Position numbers and translations under genes: made by a program. The notes under the pieces are model-generated. The model was not told the origin of the DNA. It searched no databases and saw only the letters and a list, made by a program, of their open reading frames with translations. Source: an uncultured archaeon (GTDB taxonomy: Archaea > Thermoplasmatota > Penumbrarchaeia > JASLWR01). From it: DNA of 64,000 bases. This document shows positions 59,058 to 64,000 of the stretch, in pieces (position 1 is the stretch's first letter; each line of letters starts with the position of its first letter). The DNA is taken from NCBI GenBank assembly GCA_964430885.1, contig CAYSHM010000010.1, positions 36,601 through 100,600 of the forward strand. The letters run 5' to 3'.

Positions 59058-59278
59058 TGACGTACCCGGGACAGACTAATGATAATTGGACTTAAAACCT
59101 TTGTTATCAATAAAAAACTAAATTATAAATAATAATAGAAATATTGATATGAAAAGATTAATTGAGAGTCCATAGCTTTTCCGGTGGGATATATATACAT
59201 CAATAAATGGTTGACCGGTCAATGATACATCTCAAAGGACTTGCCTGATTAGTTAACATATCCAGGGAGGAGAGAAAG

Positions 59279-59761
59279 ATGAAATTTTTGCACAAGAAAA
59301 AGGCTAAAACATTGCTTGAAGACGGTTTGATGCTCCAGGAGAACGGCAGTATGTTCGAAGCTGAGAAAAGATATCTCGCAGCTACAAAGATATGCCCGAG
59401 TTTTGGCGAAGCTCATCTTAGATACGGAGATCTTCTGGCCCAGACCGAAAGACCCAATGCGGCAAAGAAAGAATTCGAACTGGCAATAGATGCACAAGAG
59501 GGTTTTGCCGAGGCAATGTGTGCTCTCGGTGATCTTTACCGCAAACACAACGAGAATCTGAAAGCCATAGATATCTACAAGCAGGCAATAGACTGCCCTA
59601 AGGACTATCTTTACGCATATATCAATCTTGGAACAATATACATGGATACCGGAAGATTTGAAACTGCTAGAAGTACATTCAAAGCCGCAATGGATAAAGC
59701 TCAGGAACTAAAGGCTACTGATATGATCGAAGAGATCAAGAAGTATTATTCCGGCGGCTAG
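59279..59761 (+). CDS. Small TPR protein
   Basis: About 4 TPR repeats (AH..YG, AM.ALG, AY.NLG); GGAGG RBS. Confidence 0.8.
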   Translation: MKFLHKKKAKTLLEDGLMLQENGSMFEAEKRYLAATKICPSFGEAHLRYGDLLAQTERPNAAKKEFELAIDAQEGFAEAMCALGDLYRKHNENLKAIDIYKQAIDCPKDYLYAYINLGTIYMDTGRFETARSTFKAAMDKAQELKATDMIEEIKKYYSGG

Positions 59762-59789
59762 AAGCTCAGATAACCTTGATATTTTTCAA

Positions 59790-60533
59790 ATGAAGGGTTT
59801 TATTTTGATAAATCAAACACCCTTTCCAGAACTATGGAACTTATCCCCGAACACAGATAAGGCATCATTATTGAACCTGCTAAACTTCAATACCTATTCA
59901 GCTATAGCGGCCCATTTTCATGAAACTAGACATTATCCTTGGCCTCCTGTTGCAGAGTTCTCGAAGACAATCAGCTCTCAGGAAAAAGTTATTGATCTGG
60001 GATGCGGTAATGGGCGCAACATAATTCAGCTGGCTAAGAAGGGGTGCAGTGTAACGGGAATGGACACATGCACCCAGCTCCTTGAACATGCCCGAAAGAA
60101 GGCAGCGGGAGCAGGTATCCTAGATCGATGCGACTTTATGATGGGCAATCTTCTAAACCTGCCTATCAGGAACAATTATTTTGATGCAGTCCTATTCATA
60201 GCATCATTCCATCACCTGCCGACATACGAGCAGCGGCAGCGTTCGCTTCGGGAACTGTACAGGATATTGAACATAGGCGGCAGGGCTCTGATATCTGTTT
60301 GGAGGAGGCAGCAGGAGGATAAAATACCTCTTCTGGAACTATGGGAAAACAATTCCTTATTCGAATCAGGGGATGTTATAATACCATGGACCAGCGGTAA
60401 TAAAAAATATCCCCGATATTACCACTTATTCACGGCGGATGAATTTTCTGAACTGCTGATTGACAGCCCACTTGAAGTAATAAGACTGTTCACATCGGGG
60501 AACAATCATTATGCTCATGTTATTAAGAAATGA
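59790..60533 (+). CDS. Class I SAM methyltransferase, Trm9/ALKBH8-MT-like
   Basis: Y.AIA.HF.ETR..PWP.V.EF, DLGCGNGR, IASFHHL...R..SL.EL.RIL..GG.ALISVW, D..IPW, RYYHLF...E. Start codon uncertain. Confidence 0.78.
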   Translation: MKGFILINQTPFPELWNLSPNTDKASLLNLLNFNTYSAIAAHFHETRHYPWPPVAEFSKTISSQEKVIDLGCGNGRNIIQLAKKGCSVTGMDTCTQLLEHARKKAAGAGILDRCDFMMGNLLNLPIRNNYFDAVLFIASFHHLPTYEQRQRSLRELYRILNIGGRALISVWRRQQEDKIPLLELWENNSLFESGDVIIPWTSGNKKYPRYYHLFTADEFSELLIDSPLEVIRLFTSGNNHYAHVIKK

Positions 60534-60740
60534 CCATCATCATCAATATCTTCATTTGGCTTATCGAATTTCCTTTATTGAGAGTTAGGTACATTGGGAA
60601 ATATGAAAAAACAAGATTAAAACGGCATTACTTTTATAATTAATGCCTCTTAACCTAATCAGTTGCTTAGCATGCGGTATCTCACGGCTATTGAAATAGT
60701 ATTGATACTGCAGCACACTGATATGATATAGGTGATATGA

Positions 60741-61121
60741 ATGGGTTTTTTTGGTAAAATAAAAAAAGGATTTAAGGCTGCTGCCGCAGCCCACAAGAAA
60801 GATGATTTCCTTGTTCAGGAGATGGCAAGAATTCTCAGAGAGCAGGGGTATCCAGTAACAGAACCTGAGAAAAAGAGAAGAAAAATTAAGGAAGATGAAG
60901 TGGGACCGGAGAAGTATTCCTTCCACGTGACCACTGCCGATGGACAGATCAAGATCAAGACCGAATCCCAGCACGGTATTCTTAAAGCTAGCAGCAAACT
61001 GAACAAAATGAAGAAGGGAAAGGTCAAGTTCACAGTGAAGGAATATGTTCATAATGACGGTGGAAAACTGTCAATTAGGAAACCTGATGCACTTCTTCAG
61101 AAGAGCATGAGCCTGATGTAA
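60741..61121 (+). CDS. Hypothetical basic protein
   Basis: 126-aa ORF with AGGTGA RBS and coding-like composition; no family recognised. Confidence 0.65.
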   Translation: MGFFGKIKKGFKAAAAAHKKDDFLVQEMARILREQGYPVTEPEKKRRKIKEDEVGPEKYSFHVTTADGQIKIKTESQHGILKASSKLNKMKKGKVKFTVKEYVHNDGGKLSIRKPDALLQKSMSLM

Positions 61122-61347
61122 ATCCAAACAAACGGGTTTTGTTTTCAATGAACGTGTGTTAATAAAAATCATCCCCTGTACCGTATATTTCGATATGTCC
61201 AGGGGATTTATTCTATTTTGTATATTCTTTTTTACCTTTTTGATTTCTGAATTTTGATTTCATTTTCTATACTAGTAATTCCTAATACATTCCTTATGTA
61301 AACCCCTGAAAATCGGTCTTTTCGCCCGGGAAGGGCTCCTTATTTTC

Positions 61348-61569
61348 GTGGCAATAATGATGCTTATTCTAACTGCACCCCTTCTTCGGTGGGGTCTCAG
61401 AGTGAAACTGTATCCACTGGCTATGTCGGCCATGCTCCTACTGATATTCGATGCATGGTTCTTCGGTATTGGTGTTGCCGAGGAAGGAGGGGCTATTATT
61501 GCTCTATCGCTGACATCGTTGATACTTGTAGGAGCGGGGATCAGTATTGCCAGAAAGGTTAAGAAATAA
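61348..61569 (+). CDS. Possible small membrane protein
   Basis: 2-3 hydrophobic segments ending in RKVKK; no clear RBS or start codon. Confidence 0.35.
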   Translation: MAIMMLILTAPLLRWGLRVKLYPLAMSAMLLLIFDAWFFGIGVAEEGGAIIALSLTSLILVGAGISIARKVKK

Positions 61570-61611
61570 CCCAAAGAAAAGGAAGCGAATGACATCAAGA
61601 ACGGAGCATGA

Positions 61612-63852
61612 TCACTTCTTCTTCATTACATTTCCGCATTTGGGACAGAATTTTGTTCCTGCCATTATCTTGTTGCCGCATTTCGGGCAGAATAATTGTT
61701 TTTTAGCAGGCGGTTTCTTTACTACGCCTTTTCCACCTTTAGGCCCTCTTTGAGGTATCTTGTATCCACAGGAAATGCAGAACTTGGCCCCTCTTTTCAA
61801 TACCTTACCGCACTTGGGGCAGTTTATTGTAGGTTTCTGACCGGTTTTCTTCTTGGGAAGTTGGGAAATTTTACTTCCGCAAGCGGTGCAGAATTTAGTA
61901 CCTGAAGGATATGTTTTAGCGCATTTGGGACATTTAACCTTTTCTTGGGGAGTAGGCATATGCGGATCGATATCTGCATCTGTTTTTTCTTTGACTGGGG
62001 GTTCTTGGGAATCCACCTCCCTTTTCTCCTCTTTGACCCTTGGTTTCTTGGAAAACTTCACCATTTTCTTTGTTTTTTTCTCAAAATATTGCTTGACCTT
62101 CGGGACCATGGCTCCCTCAAGGTACTCCTCTTCTAAGGTCTTGTGCTTGGTCACGAGCCATCTCACTTTCATCTCCTGGGCCTTATCATATACGTCAGGG
62201 CATATGAGGATGAACTCTCCGGCTTTCAGAACCGGAAGCCTATCGAGAATATCCTCTGCTTCTTCAGTCGATATGGCCTTGAGCATGCCTTTCACCTTGC
62301 TCAGGTCCTGGGGAGTCATCATCCTTCCCAATCCCCAGGTATTAGCCTGGGCCATGGCCTTGTAATCAACATCGGCCGGATTCTGGGTGCACATCATGCA
62401 TGAAACACCGTATTTTCTTCCCTGTTTGAAAAGGAGTTTCAGGATATCCTTGGCAGGAGGTTTGAAGGGATGAGGAGGGAGATAGGGCCCAACCTCGTCA
62501 ATGTAGAACATGACCTGGACATCGTCAGAGGGATTGGATATCATCCAATTGTACAATTCATTCCCAATAACAGCCACGTAGAACTGTTTATGCTCTTCCG
62601 AGGCAAGTGTATTCAGATATATTACATTGACAGGGACCTTCCCGGGCTCTACCGGTTCCAGCAGGATGTCCATTGTAAGCCTCACACCGAAATTGAAGAA
62701 CAGCTTCTCCATTCCAAGTGATAAATGCCTAATTTTCTGGGCCAGTTTCAATCGGTTGTTCTTCTTGATAATTGTTCCTGAATCCTCGATCCCGATATTC
62801 CTCGGATTGTTGACCACTTCTGCCAAAACCGGAAAGCTCTCGAGGGGTTCATCCTTCATCCATGATGTTTCCAGTAAGTGATATAAAAATGATGCCACAG
62901 CCTTACCGTCATCGGAATCCGACTTGTAACCAAGTAGAGAAACAAGAGAACCGGCAATAGTGTCTAGGACACGTATCGCCTCTTCGGGAGAAATCCCATC
63001 CGGTAATTTCTTGAGAGGATTCAGACTGAGAGGTATCCCCTTTGATGAAGCGGGAGTGAAAATTCTCACTTCAGCTTTTTCTCTAAAATCCGTGAGCACT
63101 TCAACAGGAATATTATGACTAACACAGATCTCCTCATCTGCTATAAGGCCCAAGGAAGCCAGATCCCCCTGGGGGTCCACTATGATAGTGGGAACGCCCT
63201 GACGAGTGGTCTCTTCTATTATACATTTCCCAAAAACAGTTTTCCCTGATCCGGAAGCACCAAGGGCAATGAGATGTCTTTTGAGCACTTCAACGGGCAG
63301 GACTATATTGGTACTGGTAGTTTTCCCTAAATAAAGCCCTTCCATTATCTCATCCATATCATACTCAACAGTTTCGTCTTCCTCCTGATCTTCATCAGGG
63401 TCATCATAATCAATAAAGTCCTCTTCATCCTGTTCAGTACCATCATCGTCATCATATTCAATCCCTTGATCTTCTTCTTCCTCGCCGCTGCTTTCCCGCT
63501 CACTGTCATCCAGCCATTGATCCCCAAATCCATCATTATCATCATCATCGGGATTATTATCAGGATCATCATATTCGATATCATCCTCATTGCTATCGAC
63601 CGAAGCCCCGCGTTCCTCCCAGCCTTCTCCATCATCATCATCATCATCATACTCAACTACTCCGGAGTCCACTTCAGGAACAGGAGGCAAGGGAGGTAAT
63701 AGACCGTCCTCACTCAGAGGCTCTAGATCCATTTCAGGTAAAGGTGGTTCCATCTGGGGTGGTACTGGCGGTTCATCCATTAGATCATGGCCGCAGTTGG
63801 CGCAGATCAGATCAGTCGGGCTAATATCTATTCCGCATTTCGGGCATTTCAT
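61612..63852 (-). CDS. HerA/FtsK-superfamily (DUF87/DUF853-like) ATPase with N-terminal zinc ribbon, long acidic linker and three C-terminal zinc ribbons
   Basis: RHLIALGASGSGKT (Walker A), IVDPQGDL, IFTPAS, FYIDE (Walker B), LFKQGRKYGV...TQNP.DVDYK; one N-terminal and three C-terminal CPKC...C..CG ribbons; AGGTGA RBS. Confidence 0.88.
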   Translation of the reverse strand: MKCPKCGIDISPTDLICANCGHDLMDEPPVPPQMEPPLPEMDLEPLSEDGLLPPLPPVPEVDSGVVEYDDDDDDGEGWEERGASVDSNEDDIEYDDPDNNPDDDDNDGFGDQWLDDSERESSGEEEEDQGIEYDDDDGTEQDEEDFIDYDDPDEDQEEDETVEYDMDEIMEGLYLGKTTSTNIVLPVEVLKRHLIALGASGSGKTVFGKCIIEETTRQGVPTIIVDPQGDLASLGLIADEEICVSHNIPVEVLTDFREKAEVRIFTPASSKGIPLSLNPLKKLPDGISPEEAIRVLDTIAGSLVSLLGYKSDSDDGKAVASFLYHLLETSWMKDEPLESFPVLAEVVNNPRNIGIEDSGTIIKKNNRLKLAQKIRHLSLGMEKLFFNFGVRLTMDILLEPVEPGKVPVNVIYLNTLASEEHKQFYVAVIGNELYNWMISNPSDDVQVMFYIDEVGPYLPPHPFKPPAKDILKLLFKQGRKYGVSCMMCTQNPADVDYKAMAQANTWGLGRMMTPQDLSKVKGMLKAISTEEAEDILDRLPVLKAGEFILICPDVYDKAQEMKVRWLVTKHKTLEEEYLEGAMVPKVKQYFEKKTKKMVKFSKKPRVKEEKREVDSQEPPVKEKTDADIDPHMPTPQEKVKCPKCAKTYPSGTKFCTACGSKISQLPKKKTGQKPTINCPKCGKVLKRGAKFCISCGYKIPQRGPKGGKGVVKKPPAKKQLFCPKCGNKIMAGTKFCPKCGNVMKKK

Positions 63853-64000
63853 TCAAATCACCTGGGATTAATACACAATCAATTAAATTATTTAACTATC
63901 GTAAAATAAATATATCAATATGGCATAAAAAATAATTATCATATAAAAGAGCCCGCCCGAGAATTAACCTCCAGTAACCAAAATATTCATTATAACAATA

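Noticed and set aside
61171-61207. SECIS-like element
   Set aside because: The hairpin is real but lacks the archaeal GAA/A SECIS core, and I noticed no gene broken by an in-frame TGA.
63949-63978. tRNA 3'-end or attachment-site remnant (GAGCCCGCCCGAGAATTAACCTCC)
   Set aside because: No TTCRA T-loop or cloverleaf can be built, and no integrase is nearby.

Overview
Archaeal chromosomal window, probably Thermoplasmatota. Archaeal markers: the rpl7ae-rps28e-rpl24e-ndk cluster, EF-1beta next to an HVO_2753-type zinc finger, a class III signal-peptide pilin, GGTGA/GGAGG ribosome-binding sites and TATA-like promoters. The lineage call is an inference from gene content. I found no CRISPR array, transposase, integrase, rRNA or tRNA. 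The first 14 kb is a minus-strand operon of large membrane-anchored glycoside hydrolases: one GH18+PKD protein and three GHL10/DUF187 paralogs, the last running off the window edge and missing from the ORF track. The rest mixes housekeeping genes (metG, queE, queH, trmI, METTL5-like, Trm9-like, a CDP-alcohol transferase, a three-subunit xanthine-oxidase-family molybdoenzyme, an M29 aminopeptidase, a LipS2-like radical SAM enzyme, a CBS-HPF hibernation factor) with many surface proteins. Best candidates for undescribed systems: (1) a secreted M14 carboxypeptidase whose membrane anchor resembles a MetS-type NSS small subunit, encoded directly upstream of an NSS amino-acid transporter; (2) the GH18 + 3xGHL10 surface glycan/peptidoglycan-degrading array. 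All family assignments come from motif recognition by eye; no searches were run.
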